Shown here: positions 42,001-51,603 of the stretch, piece by piece
Layout: each line of letters opens with the position of its first letter
Numbering within the stretch: position 1 is the first letter of the stretch
NCBI GenBank assembly: GCA_963771885.1
Contig: CAVYVF010000022.1
Location: 288,001-352,000 of the forward strand
DNA: 64,000 bases
Direction of reading: 5' to 3'
Source of the DNA: Candidatus Bathyarchaeota archaeon
GTDB lineage: Archaea > Thermoproteota > Bathyarchaeia > TCS64
Program-made: the position numbers and the translations under genes
The notes under the pieces: generated by a model
What the model saw: only the letters and a program-made list of their open reading frames with translations
What the model was told of the DNA's origin: nothing
Databases searched by the model: none

Positions 42001-43464
42001 ATGATGTTGATGAGTGAGAATGACAAAACCCTTAGGGGCCTGCGAGAGTTCGCGATTCTCTACAGCAAGAGCAGACTCGGCGTAGCAGGCCTAGCACTGC
42101 TCCTCATCTTCATAGCGATAGGTCTCCTTGCCCCCATAATTACTCCCTACGACCCTCAGACCTCAATGCAGCTGGCGAACTTCAGGGCAAGACCCATCTG
42201 GCTCGACCCATCCATCCCCCCGAACATGTACAACATAGCCTCCCCGGGATTCGACTCGGCGGCGTCGCTGAGTGAGTGGATCATCACGGACATGAGCACA
42301 GCCGTCGAATGGTCACAGGAGGGATTTCCCGGCATTCCGCTTGTAGAGGAGGGGAGCGGCCCGGGCTCAGTACAGATATCGACAACGAGCACGAGCGGCG
42401 AGGGAGTAGCAACCATGGAAAACAGGCTGACGTATGGCTATAACCCGCCCCACAGGTTCTCCGTCCACATCGCTTACAAGGTGGTGGTAACCGGCAACGC
42501 CACTTGGAAGGCACAAGTCATTGTTAAACAAGTACAGGGTACGGAGCTTGTGCTCTGGGACTCTGGCACACAGAGAGGCTCGACGAATTGGGCTCTGCCA
42601 AAGCCCCAGATTGACACGAACGACGCCACGCTCAGGATACGTTTATTCAAGGACATCCTATCCGACGCCTCCAAAATTTTCCCCCAGAAGGGAGAATACT
42701 CACTGATTCTCAGGATTACCACAAACACCCAAGGAGGTAGCGTCAGATTCTACGTCGATGACTTCAGTGAGAGGATCTGGGGCGACGCCTTCGGCTACCT
42801 TGGCACGGACAACTATGGCAGGGACATCTTTACACAGCTCGTCTACGGCAGCAGAATATCCATACTCATCGGCGTCTTCTCAGCAGTCATCGCCGTTGCA
42901 CTAGGCCTCCTCGTCGGACTAACCTCAGGGTACATCGGCGGCTGGGTCGACGAGTTGCTGATGAGGTTCAACGATATACTGCTAACAATCCCCGGGCTCC
43001 CGCTGCTCATCGTCCTCACCGCCGTTATCGGGCCTAGCATCGTCTCGGTCGTCGTCCTAATTGGCTTCCTTGGCTGGATGGGCATAGCGAGGCTGATTAG
43101 GTCGCAGGTGCTCTCGCTTAAGACGAAGGCATTCGTTGAGGCGGCTAGGGCTAGCGGCGGTAGCACAGGACACATCATCAGGAAGCACTTAGTCCCCAAC
43201 GTCATAACGATGGCCTACACGCAGCTGGCGCTCACTGTCCCCGGAGCTATAGTCACGGAGGCCGCTCTCAGCTTCCTCGGCCTCGGCGACCCCTTCCTAC
43301 AGACTTGGGGGAAGATGCTCCACGATGTCCAATACTATGGTGCCGTCTCAGAGTGGTGGTGGGCGATACCCCCCGGCCTCTGTATCGCTCTCCTCTCCAT
43401 GGCTTTCGTCTTCATCGGGTACGCCATGGACGACATACTCAACCCAAAGCTAAGGGGGCGCTGA
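42001..43464 (+). CDS. oligopeptide ABC permease (OppC/DppC) with large soluble insertion
   Basis: LGTDNYGRD, FVEAARASG and EAALSFLGLG motifs. Confidence 0.9.
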   Translation: MMLMSENDKTLRGLREFAILYSKSRLGVAGLALLLIFIAIGLLAPIITPYDPQTSMQLANFRARPIWLDPSIPPNMYNIASPGFDSAASLSEWIITDMSTAVEWSQEGFPGIPLVEEGSGPGSVQISTTSTSGEGVATMENRLTYGYNPPHRFSVHIAYKVVVTGNATWKAQVIVKQVQGTELVLWDSGTQRGSTNWALPKPQIDTNDATLRIRLFKDILSDASKIFPQKGEYSLILRITTNTQGGSVRFYVDDFSERIWGDAFGYLGTDNYGRDIFTQLVYGSRISILIGVFSAVIAVALGLLVGLTSGYIGGWVDELLMRFNDILLTIPGLPLLIVLTAVIGPSIVSVVVLIGFLGWMGIARLIRSQVLSLKTKAFVEAARASGGSTGHIIRKHLVPNVITMAYTQLALTVPGAIVTEAALSFLGLGDPFLQTWGKMLHDVQYYGAVSEWWWAIPPGLCIALLSMAFVFIGYAMDDILNPKLRGR

Positions 43465-43465
43465 C

Positions 43466-44443
43466 ATGGCCAAGCTTCTCGAAGTTAAAAAGCTGAAGAT
43501 GTATTATTCCACACAAAAGGGGGACGTCAAAGCCGTCGACGACGTCAGCTTCTCCCTCGAGAAAGGCGAGTCCATCGGCCTCGCTGGCGAGTCAGGCTGT
43601 GGCAAAACCAGCGTCGCCCTAGCCTTGATGAAGCTCTATCCCTCGAACGCCAAGATACTCAGCGGCGAGATTCTCCTCGACGGTAAAAACATACTCGACC
43701 TCGACGATGACGAGATACGCCGCGAGGTTAGGTGGAAGCGGATCTCGCTGGTTCCTCAAGCGGCCATGAACGCCCTGAATCCGGTCTTTACGATCAAGGA
43801 CCAGATAATCGAGGCAATACTCACGCACGAGGACGTCCCCGAGGAGGAAGCGGCAAAAAGGGCGGTCGAACTGCTGAGGCGCGTGGGTATAGACCCGATG
43901 CGCGTCAACTGCTATCCCCACGAGTTCAGCGGCGGTATGAAACAGAGGGCTATGATGGCGATGGCCCTGAGCTGCAACCCCGAGCTCGTCATTGCGGACG
44001 AGCCGACGACAGCCCTTGACGTGATAGTCCAGGCTCAGGTTCTCAAGGAGATAAAGAAGCTCCAGAGGGAACTGGGTCTTTCCATGGTTCTCATCTCCCA
44101 CGACCTCTCGGTCGTCGCCGAGACATGCGATAAGACGATAATAATGTATGCCGGCAATATCATAGAGGACGCCACGACTCTCGAAGTATTCCGCCACCCA
44201 CTACACCCCTACTCCATTGGGCTAATAGGAGCCTTCCCGAAATTGAAGGGGGAGAAGAAACGTCTCGAATCAATCAGAGGAAACCCGCCAAACCTCCTCA
44301 ACCCGCCTACCGGCTGCAGGTTCCACCCAAGGTGCCCATATGCCAAGAGTGTATGCATGGATAAACAACCAGACCTCATTGAGTTGCACCCAGACCATAA
44401 GGTGGCATGTCACATGGTCAATCACCACCCGGAGTACAGGTGA
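43466..44443 (+). CDS. oligopeptide ABC ATPase (OppD/DppD)
   Basis: GESGCGKT, FSGGMKQR, ADEPTTALD and C-terminal GCRFHPRC motifs. Confidence 0.93.
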   Translation: MAKLLEVKKLKMYYSTQKGDVKAVDDVSFSLEKGESIGLAGESGCGKTSVALALMKLYPSNAKILSGEILLDGKNILDLDDDEIRREVRWKRISLVPQAAMNALNPVFTIKDQIIEAILTHEDVPEEEAAKRAVELLRRVGIDPMRVNCYPHEFSGGMKQRAMMAMALSCNPELVIADEPTTALDVIVQAQVLKEIKKLQRELGLSMVLISHDLSVVAETCDKTIIMYAGNIIEDATTLEVFRHPLHPYSIGLIGAFPKLKGEKKRLESIRGNPPNLLNPPTGCRFHPRCPYAKSVCMDKQPDLIELHPDHKVACHMVNHHPEYR

Positions 44444-45486
44444 TGAAGATGACCGAGAGAGAATTCATTCACGTGGAGAACCTTAAGAAGCACTATCCAG
44501 TCAGAACCGGAATACTTGCGAGCCTCAGAACAAAGGAGACTTCGATGGTAAAGGCAGTTGACGGCATCGATTTCACCATCCAACGTGGCTCCACTTTCGG
44601 CGTAGTTGGCGAGAGCGGCTCAGGCAAGACGACGGTGGGAAGGGTTGTACTTAGGCTTGTCGAACCTACTGAGGGAAGCGTCTACTTCAACGGTGAGAAT
44701 GTCTTTAAGGCGGATAAGGAGAAGATGAAAAAGCTCCGCAGGGAGATGCAACTCATCTTCCAAGACCCCTTCGAGTCACTCAACCCCCGCATGACCATCT
44801 ACGAGGCGGTAGTAGAACCCCTCGACATACACAATATAGGTAAAAGCGACGAGGAGAAGAGAAAGGTAGTCGTCGAGGCCCTTGAGGAGGTTCAACTCAT
44901 CCCCCCAGAGGACTTCCTCTTCAGGTACCCCCACGAACTCAGTGGCGGACAAAGGCAGAGGGTCGCCATAGCACGCGCCCTCATACTACGCCCAAAATTC
45001 ATCGTTGCCGACGAACCAGTCTCAATGCTAGACGTCTCAATACGGACAGAGGTCCTCAACCTCATGCTCGACCTCCAGCAGCGCCTCGGCCTAACCTACC
45101 TATTCATCACCCACGACCTAGCGATAGCTCGCTACATGTCGAGCAGAGTCGGCGTCATGTACCTTGGCAAGATAATCGAGATGGGGGAGGTGAGAGATGT
45201 TCTAGACGACCCAGACCATCCCTACACCCAAGCGCTCATGGCGGCCGTTCCGGTGCCCGACGCTGAGAAGAAGAGGGGCGACTTACCAATCAAGGGGGAG
45301 ACACCTCAGCCGATCAACCTCCCCGCCGGATGCAGGTTCAACGCAAGGTGCCCTTACGCCTTCGAGAAGTGCTTCAAGGAAGAACCCGAATTGTTCACAG
45401 TTGAGCCCGGACACGGGGCAGCCTGCTTCCTATACGAGGAATTCCACACAGGCCGCCTAGAAAGGGGCAGAATTCCCGAGGAATAA
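44443..45486 (+). CDS. oligopeptide ABC ATPase (OppF/DppF)
   Basis: [25 protein letters not shown] and GCRFNARC motifs. Confidence 0.93.
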   Translation: MKMTEREFIHVENLKKHYPVRTGILASLRTKETSMVKAVDGIDFTIQRGSTFGVVGESGSGKTTVGRVVLRLVEPTEGSVYFNGENVFKADKEKMKKLRREMQLIFQDPFESLNPRMTIYEAVVEPLDIHNIGKSDEEKRKVVVEALEEVQLIPPEDFLFRYPHELSGGQRQRVAIARALILRPKFIVADEPVSMLDVSIRTEVLNLMLDLQQRLGLTYLFITHDLAIARYMSSRVGVMYLGKIIEMGEVRDVLDDPDHPYTQALMAAVPVPDAEKKRGDLPIKGETPQPINLPAGCRFNARCPYAFEKCFKEEPELFTVEPGHGAACFLYEEFHTGRLERGRIPEE

Positions 45487-45699
45487 ATTACACAGCAGAG
45501 TCAAGCTAAAGCCACCACGACCTGCCTAATTTTATCCTTTCAAAAGCCGATGATCTTAACTATCCCTTATATAGAGACGGAGCACCGATTTTTTACCGTT
45601 TTTTGACCCTTTTCGTGCAATCGCAACAAGGCTGGTAACTGAAAATGATTAAATCTCTAAACCGTGAGTCATTATTGTTATCGACTGGATGGTGTTGTT

Positions 45700-46827
45700 A
45701 TGGCGAGCGGAGCTTCTGGCGAAGTCGTACACTGCCCCAATTGTAAGGAGGATGTCCCAAAGACCCTCTACTGCCTGAACTGTGGCTTTCCCCTCTACAA
45801 GGAGGAGCAACCAAAGGATGAGGTGAAGACTGAACCCGAGGCAAGGACGGAGCCCGTGAAGCCGGTTCAACCAGCCGAGGAAGACGCGTTAATAATGGTC
45901 GACGACGAGGAAGAGGAGGTGCAGCCCGAGCCAAAGGTGGAAATGTCTGCAGAACCAAGTGTTAAAATGGAAGTTCCTCCCGTCGAGACAACTCCTTCAC
46001 CTTCCGAGCCAGAGGTAAAGGAACCGGAGCCAGCCCCTACACCAATGCTCGAGGTATCAGAGAAGATCGATGAGCCCGCGCCGGTCGTGGAAATGGAGGA
46101 AGCGCTAGCCCCGGCTGTGGAGGCCGCCACCCCCGAGCCCGTTGAAGCTGTGGCCCCCGTAGATCCAGCGTCTACGCCAGCAGAAGAGCCAAAACCCGTG
46201 GAGACGCCGAGCGAGCTCTTATCTACCGGATCAGAGCCCACAAAGATCGAGGCAGTGGAAGTGGCAGAAGAGTACCAGGCACCAAATACGTTCGTCCCAG
46301 ACCCACTCACAAAGGATCTGATGGAGAACCTCGCAAAGACCATCTCACTCAAGATAAAACTCGTCAAACTCTACAGGGATGGCGTGGTAAAGGAGGAGAC
46401 CTTCACCAAGCTCTTCGAGGGGTACGCCTCCGAGGGCAAGATCTGGGTTAGTCGCCGCGAGGAGCTGCTTAGGAAGCTTTCCGCCGAGATCGAGGAGATG
46501 GAGGAAGCATACGCCACTGCCTCAGACGCGCTAGAGCTTCTCGAGGTGAGGAAGTCGATAGGCGAGGCGTCGGCCGGCGAGTACGATGTAAAGGCACCCG
46601 CCTACAGGTGGGACATAGGCAACTTCGAAACCGTTATCGGGGAGAAGAAGAACAGAACTGCCTACCTTGAAAACGTGTCCAGCGCCCTCACAGACGCCGA
46701 ATTAAAGGAGCTTAAGGAACTCGCCAGCATCCAGTATAACACCCTCGAGTCGCTACAGCTATCGAAAGATGAGGTTCTAGCCCAGATAAAAGACAGCCTC
46801 TACGAGGCTATAAAGACCCTTGGCTGA
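45700..46827 (+). CDS. zinc-ribbon + Pro/Glu-rich linker + CdvA-like coiled-coil protein
   Basis: CPNC..CLNC ribbon, long PE-rich low-complexity linker, then a helical domain LYRDGVVKEETF...LEVRKSIGEASAGEY. Confidence 0.6.
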   Translation: MASGASGEVVHCPNCKEDVPKTLYCLNCGFPLYKEEQPKDEVKTEPEARTEPVKPVQPAEEDALIMVDDEEEEVQPEPKVEMSAEPSVKMEVPPVETTPSPSEPEVKEPEPAPTPMLEVSEKIDEPAPVVEMEEALAPAVEAATPEPVEAVAPVDPASTPAEEPKPVETPSELLSTGSEPTKIEAVEVAEEYQAPNTFVPDPLTKDLMENLAKTISLKIKLVKLYRDGVVKEETFTKLFEGYASEGKIWVSRREELLRKLSAEIEEMEEAYATASDALELLEVRKSIGEASAGEYDVKAPAYRWDIGNFETVIGEKKNRTAYLENVSSALTDAELKELKELASIQYNTLESLQLSKDEVLAQIKDSLYEAIKTLG

Positions 46828-46829
46828 GG

Positions 46830-48008
46830 CTACTCCTCGACCTTCTTTCTATGCGTCAGGTAGATGAAGACTGCCGTAACCAATGATACACCTGCCATTA
46901 CAGTGAACATGTTGAAGGCACCCTGCCCCGTACCGTCTCCAAGGATTGTTGTAGCCATTATAGGGCCGATTGCCATACCTAGGAATCGGGCGGAGTTCAG
47001 GAACCCCATACCTGTGCCCTTCCTTCCTGACTTCCCCCCGAGGAGGTTTGGCGGTATTCCTGCCTGCAGTCCACCGATGACTATACGGAGGGCTATGAAC
47101 TGGAGTGGGTTAAAGACGAAGGCCGTCATCATTATTGCTGCCGAGGCTCCTACTGAGAGCCATGGCATGATTTTGTTCGTCATTACCTTTGTCATCACCG
47201 GTGTCGCCACGGCAAACGCTATTCCGTTCAACACGGTCGCCGCTGTCGTCCAGAGCAGTAGCTGATCATCAGGCACACCAAGCGAGGAGAGGAACCATGA
47301 CACCGTGGGGAAGAGGAAGCTAATGCACATGTAGACTAGGATGAGCGCCGTGATGTCTGGGAAGAGCGACCTGAAATCGGAGAGGCTGAATGCGCGTGTC
47401 TCCGACTCCTTGGGCGCCGGTGGAGGTAGAGTGATCTTGAGGACAAGGGGCAGTATGAGGACGAAGAGCACCGCTGAGGTGAGCATGGTCATTCGATACC
47501 CGATCACCGCCGCTAGGGCTCCGCCAATACCCGGCGAGACGAGCCCACCCATCGTCATCGCCGCCATCTGATAGCTAAGCGCCTGTCTGAGCTCCTGCGG
47601 ACTAACGGTTGAGGCGACAATCGCGAACATAACCGTGCTAATTCCCCCGAAGCCACCCTGCAGCGCACGGAAGAAAACGATTTGGATGACGTCTCCCGCG
47701 AAAGTCATTCCGGTGTAGACAATGATGTTGCCGATAAGGACGAATAAAAGCACCTTTTTCGTTCCGATGCGGTCACACATCATACCCCAGAAGGGTGCGG
47801 TTATCGCCATGATCGTTGAGGCGATAAAGGAGGATGTCCCCGTCCAGCCTGTCGCCTCGATCAATGTCTGGTTCAGCTCGCTGCTTATGAAAAGGGGCAT
47901 AAAGCTGCCCATCAGGTTAAAGGATATCGAGACGAGGAACTGGACTATGAGGGCGGCAGTCACTGTATCCAAACTTGTAATCGTTCTGAAGCGGGTGGCG
48001 GGCGTCAA
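46830..48008 (-). CDS. MFS transporter
   Basis: WGMMCDRIGTK motif A, RALQG; about 12 TM helices. Confidence 0.85.
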   Translation of the reverse strand: MTPATRFRTITSLDTVTAALIVQFLVSISFNLMGSFMPLFISSELNQTLIEATGWTGTSSFIASTIMAITAPFWGMMCDRIGTKKVLLFVLIGNIIVYTGMTFAGDVIQIVFFRALQGGFGGISTVMFAIVASTVSPQELRQALSYQMAAMTMGGLVSPGIGGALAAVIGYRMTMLTSAVLFVLILPLVLKITLPPPAPKESETRAFSLSDFRSLFPDITALILVYMCISFLFPTVSWFLSSLGVPDDQLLLWTTAATVLNGIAFAVATPVMTKVMTNKIMPWLSVGASAAIMMTAFVFNPLQFIALRIVIGGLQAGIPPNLLGGKSGRKGTGMGFLNSARFLGMAIGPIMATTILGDGTGQGAFNMFTVMAGVSLVTAVFIYLTHRKKVEE

Positions 48009-48142
48009 ACTCCAACCAAGTGCATCTCTTCGAGGAATGATTCCCTCGCGTTAGTTGCTGAGATAACATGGAGCCCGATTTAAACGCTCCCCTGATTAGA
48101 ATCGTTATTTACCCCCGACCACCCATCTGAAGTAGACAGCAG

Positions 48143-48628
48143 ATGGGTGACACAGTACAACATATAGGCAGGAACGTCAAACTCGGCCAGAACGTCAGGA
48201 TGTGGCACTTCACATATATAGGCGACAACACGGAGATAGGCGACGACACCAAGATCGGCTCGCTTGTCCACATTGACTATGGAGTCAAGATCGGGAAAAG
48301 GTGCAAGATCGAGGGCTCCGCCTACATACCACCACTTACAGTCATCGGGGACGACGTCTTCGTCGGGCCTGGCGCTATTTTCACAAACGATCCTTACCCA
48401 ATGTCGCCGAAGATGGTTGGGGTCAGAGTGATGGATGGGGCGATCATCTGCGCCGGCTCCATGCTCAAGGCTGGAGTGACTATCGGGAAGAAGGCTGTCG
48501 TTGGCTTCGGCTCAGTAGTCACTCGCGACGTACCACCAAATACAGTAGTCTTCGGAAACCCAGCCAAGCCAAAAATGACTCTCAACGAATACCTCGAGAA
48601 GAAGGCGGAGTGGGAGAAGACACCCTAA
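48143..48628 (+). CDS. hexapeptide-repeat sugar N-acyltransferase (WbpD/WxcM-like)
   Basis: IG hexapeptide repeats, FTND, VVTRDVP..GNPA. Confidence 0.85.
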   Translation: MGDTVQHIGRNVKLGQNVRMWHFTYIGDNTEIGDDTKIGSLVHIDYGVKIGKRCKIEGSAYIPPLTVIGDDVFVGPGAIFTNDPYPMSPKMVGVRVMDGAIICAGSMLKAGVTIGKKAVVGFGSVVTRDVPPNTVVFGNPAKPKMTLNEYLEKKAEWEKTP

Positions 48629-48844
48629 GCTCATACAATACGTCTACGAAAAGAGCGCCTCTAGTTCATACCTACTGGTAGTTATTAAGACAGCCTTCTT
48701 TCTCCCGCGCGCGCCATTTTTTTCACCACGCGTAATGACGCTTATTGGTCCGTAGTCTTTCTCGATCTCGGTTAATGAGCGGCTATAGTCAAGCAGTTAT
48801 TCACAAGATTAAAAGGTAGTCGAGACGAGGATCTATTAGAATTA

Positions 48845-49997
48845 TCACTTGTGATAACTTGCTGCGACTTTAGAGACACCTTCAACGACTTTGTGTAGGT
48901 CGTTGTCGCTTAGATAGGGGTGCATGGGGAGGCTCATTATCCGCTTTGACAGATCCTCTGAAACCGGACACTGCTTTGGTTTGAGAATCTCCTTAACGAC
49001 GGGCTGCTCGGTCAGAGCTGCGGGGTAGTGGATGCCGCAGTCAATGTTCTCGGCCATTAGAGCCTTCATGAACTCGTCGCGTGTGCAACGGAGCTTCTCC
49101 GTGTCGAGGACTACGCTGAAGTAGCTGTAGCTGGGGTTGGTTCTCGGGGTTATTCTCTGTGGGGTAGACACCGTCAACATTTCTGAGCTCTTTCAGCAAC
49201 ACGTCGGCGTTGTGCCTTCGCTTTTCAAGAAAGTCGTCGAGCTGAGCTAACTGGTTGAGCCCTATTGCCGACAGTATGTCAGTTGTGCGGTAGTTAAGAC
49301 CGAAGAGTACATGATGATATCTGCCATCGTCGCCGTGACTGCGTATGAGTGAGCCGAGGCGGTTCAGCTCGGGGTCATCTGTCGTGACTATACCTCCCTC
49401 GCCGGTGGTCATAGTCTTCGTTGGGTAGAAGCTGTAGCAGCTGAGATTGGGCCAGGAGCCAAGGTCTCTGCCATCGTATTCTGTGCCGTGGGCCTGGGCG
49501 CAGTCGTTGATGATGAGAAGGTTATGATCCTCGGCTATGTCTGTAATTGCCTTCATGTCGCAGCTATTGCCGAAGAGGTGCACGGGGGCGATTGCCTTTG
49601 TTTTCTTTGTAATTTTCTCCTTAACCTTCTCGGGGTCAAGCAGGAAAGTGTCAGGGTCGACGTCGGCGAGTACCGGCCTCGCGTTGCTGTAGAAAATGGT
49701 GCTTATCGTCGCGATGAATGTGAAAGCGGGGGCGATGACCTCGTCGCCTTGTTTTAGCGTTGAGAGATAGGCGCAGTGAAGGGCGGCTGTGCCATTTGAG
49801 ACCGCGTAGGCGTATTTTGCACCCACTCGGGCTGCGAACCGTTCTTCGAACTCTATTGTGTAGGGTCCCGTGCGGACGTAGCCTGACTTCAGAATCTTTG
49901 CGATGTCATCTGCGTCCTTCTGGGTGAACGTCGGTTTTACGAGTGCGATCTTTTTGTCGGAGACGGGTTTGCCGCCTTCAATTGCGAGTTTAGCCAA
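48845..49997 (-). CDS. DegT/DnrJ/EryC1/StrS sugar aminotransferase, frameshifted near 49163
   Basis: SNGTAALH, DCAQAHG, SFYPTK..TGEGG, GLNYR and SLPMHP motifs. Confidence 0.9.
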
Positions 49998-50122
49998 TGA
50001 GGACTCTCCAGTTTATTATTGTATAACGTTGTTTATTGACTTTCCTGATTCGACTCGAAATACGCCTTTGTATTTAGAAGGTATTATAGCGGGAGAATGC
50101 ATATTAGAGATCAGGGGATTGA

Positions 50123-50347
50123 ATGAATACTGCTTTCGTTTTGATAAACGCGGAGATGGGGGCAAGCCTGGACAAGGATCTGAAGGCGATTCCCGAAGTG
50201 AAGGAGTTCTACGGCGTATACGGTGTGTATGACTACGTTGTTAGACTTGAGGCTGCTACGATGGAGCAGCTCAAAGACGCCATCACGAACAGGATCAGGC
50301 GCATGGAGAACGTAAGATCGACGCTCACCATGATGGTCATTGATTAG
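50123..50347 (+). CDS. stand-alone Lrp/AsnC ligand-binding (RAM) domain protein
   Basis: AFVLI..VYGVYD..IRRMENVRSTLT; no HTH domain. Confidence 0.85.
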   Translation: MNTAFVLINAEMGASLDKDLKAIPEVKEFYGVYGVYDYVVRLEAATMEQLKDAITNRIRRMENVRSTLTMMVID

Positions 50348-50448
50348 GATAAAAAAAGCTGTTTCTCTATCATTCCTGTGTGCCTACTGGGCACTTTGTT
50401 TATATCGGTCTTCGAGGGTATCATTTGTAAAGGAGTTGAGGATACTAC

Positions 50449-51603
50449 TTGAAAGTAGTGATATTGGGTATGGATGGTTACCTAGGATGGCCACTAGCGA
50501 TGCACCTGAGCGCCCGGGGGCACATTGTCTCGGGTGTGGATAATTTTAGTAGGCGTAGGAACGTCGTGGAGGTGCATTCGCAGTCTGCGACGCCGATTAG
50601 GTCGATGGAGGAGAGGCTTGCTGCTTTCAAGAAGGTCACGGGTAGGATGCTTGGCTTTCATGAGGGGGATTTGACGAATGTCGCCTTCGCAGATAAGGTG
50701 GTCGAGGAGGAGCGGCCCGACTGTGTAGTCCACTTAGGCGAGATACCGAGTGCACCTTATAGCATGATGGATGTCGAGCACTGCAACTATACTCAGGTGA
50801 ACAACGTCATCGGCACCAATAATGTACTCTTTGCCATGAAGAAGCATGCTCCTAAATGCCATTTGCTCAAGCTCGGTACTATGGGGGAGTATGGCACTCC
50901 TAATATTGACATTCCGGAGGGCTTTTTTGAGGTAGAGTATAGGGGGCGGAAGGATGTGATGCCCTTTCCCCGTCAGCCTGGGAGCTGGTATCATCTGAGT
51001 AAGGTGCATGACACACACAATATTATGTTCGCCTGCAAGATCTGGGGGCTCCGGAGCACGGACATTATGCAGGGGGTCGTCCACGGCGTCGTCACGGAGG
51101 ATATGGTCAACGACGATCTGTTGACGCGCTTCGACTTTGACGAGGTGTGGGGCACAGCGCTCAACAGGTTCTGCGCCCAGGCGGTTATCGGCCATGAGTT
51201 GACTCCGTATGGGAAAGGTGGCCAGACTCGCGGTTACATAGCCCTCAGGGACAGCATTCAATGTATGACGCTTACGCTCGAGAACCCGCCGAAGGAGGGG
51301 GAGTACCGTGTATTCAATCAGTTCGATGAGACTTTCTCGGTGAACGAGCTCGCGGAGCACGTCGTGAAGGTTGGCGGCGAGTTCGGGCTAAAGGCGAAGG
51401 TCTGGAACATCGAGAACCCTCGGGTCGAGAAGGATGAGCATTACTATAACCCGGATAGGGAGAGGTTGCCGGGGCTTGGCTTCAAGCCGACGAATGACCT
51501 TGACGCGGAGCTCAGGTTGACTATTCCGAAGCTGATGAGGTATAGGGATAGGATACTCGAGAAGAAAGATGCTATCATGCCAAAGATCAAGTGGAGGGCC
51601 TAA
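50449..51603 (+). CDS. sqdB: UDP-sulfoquinovose synthase (SqdB/Agl3-like)
   Basis: GMDGYLGWP, DNFSRR, SAPYSM, LGTMGEYG, YHLSK, QGVV and GTALNRF motifs. Confidence 0.85.
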   Translation: MKVVILGMDGYLGWPLAMHLSARGHIVSGVDNFSRRRNVVEVHSQSATPIRSMEERLAAFKKVTGRMLGFHEGDLTNVAFADKVVEEERPDCVVHLGEIPSAPYSMMDVEHCNYTQVNNVIGTNNVLFAMKKHAPKCHLLKLGTMGEYGTPNIDIPEGFFEVEYRGRKDVMPFPRQPGSWYHLSKVHDTHNIMFACKIWGLRSTDIMQGVVHGVVTEDMVNDDLLTRFDFDEVWGTALNRFCAQAVIGHELTPYGKGGQTRGYIALRDSIQCMTLTLENPPKEGEYRVFNQFDETFSVNELAEHVVKVGGEFGLKAKVWNIENPRVEKDEHYYNPDRERLPGLGFKPTNDLDAELRLTIPKLMRYRDRILEKKDAIMPKIKWRA

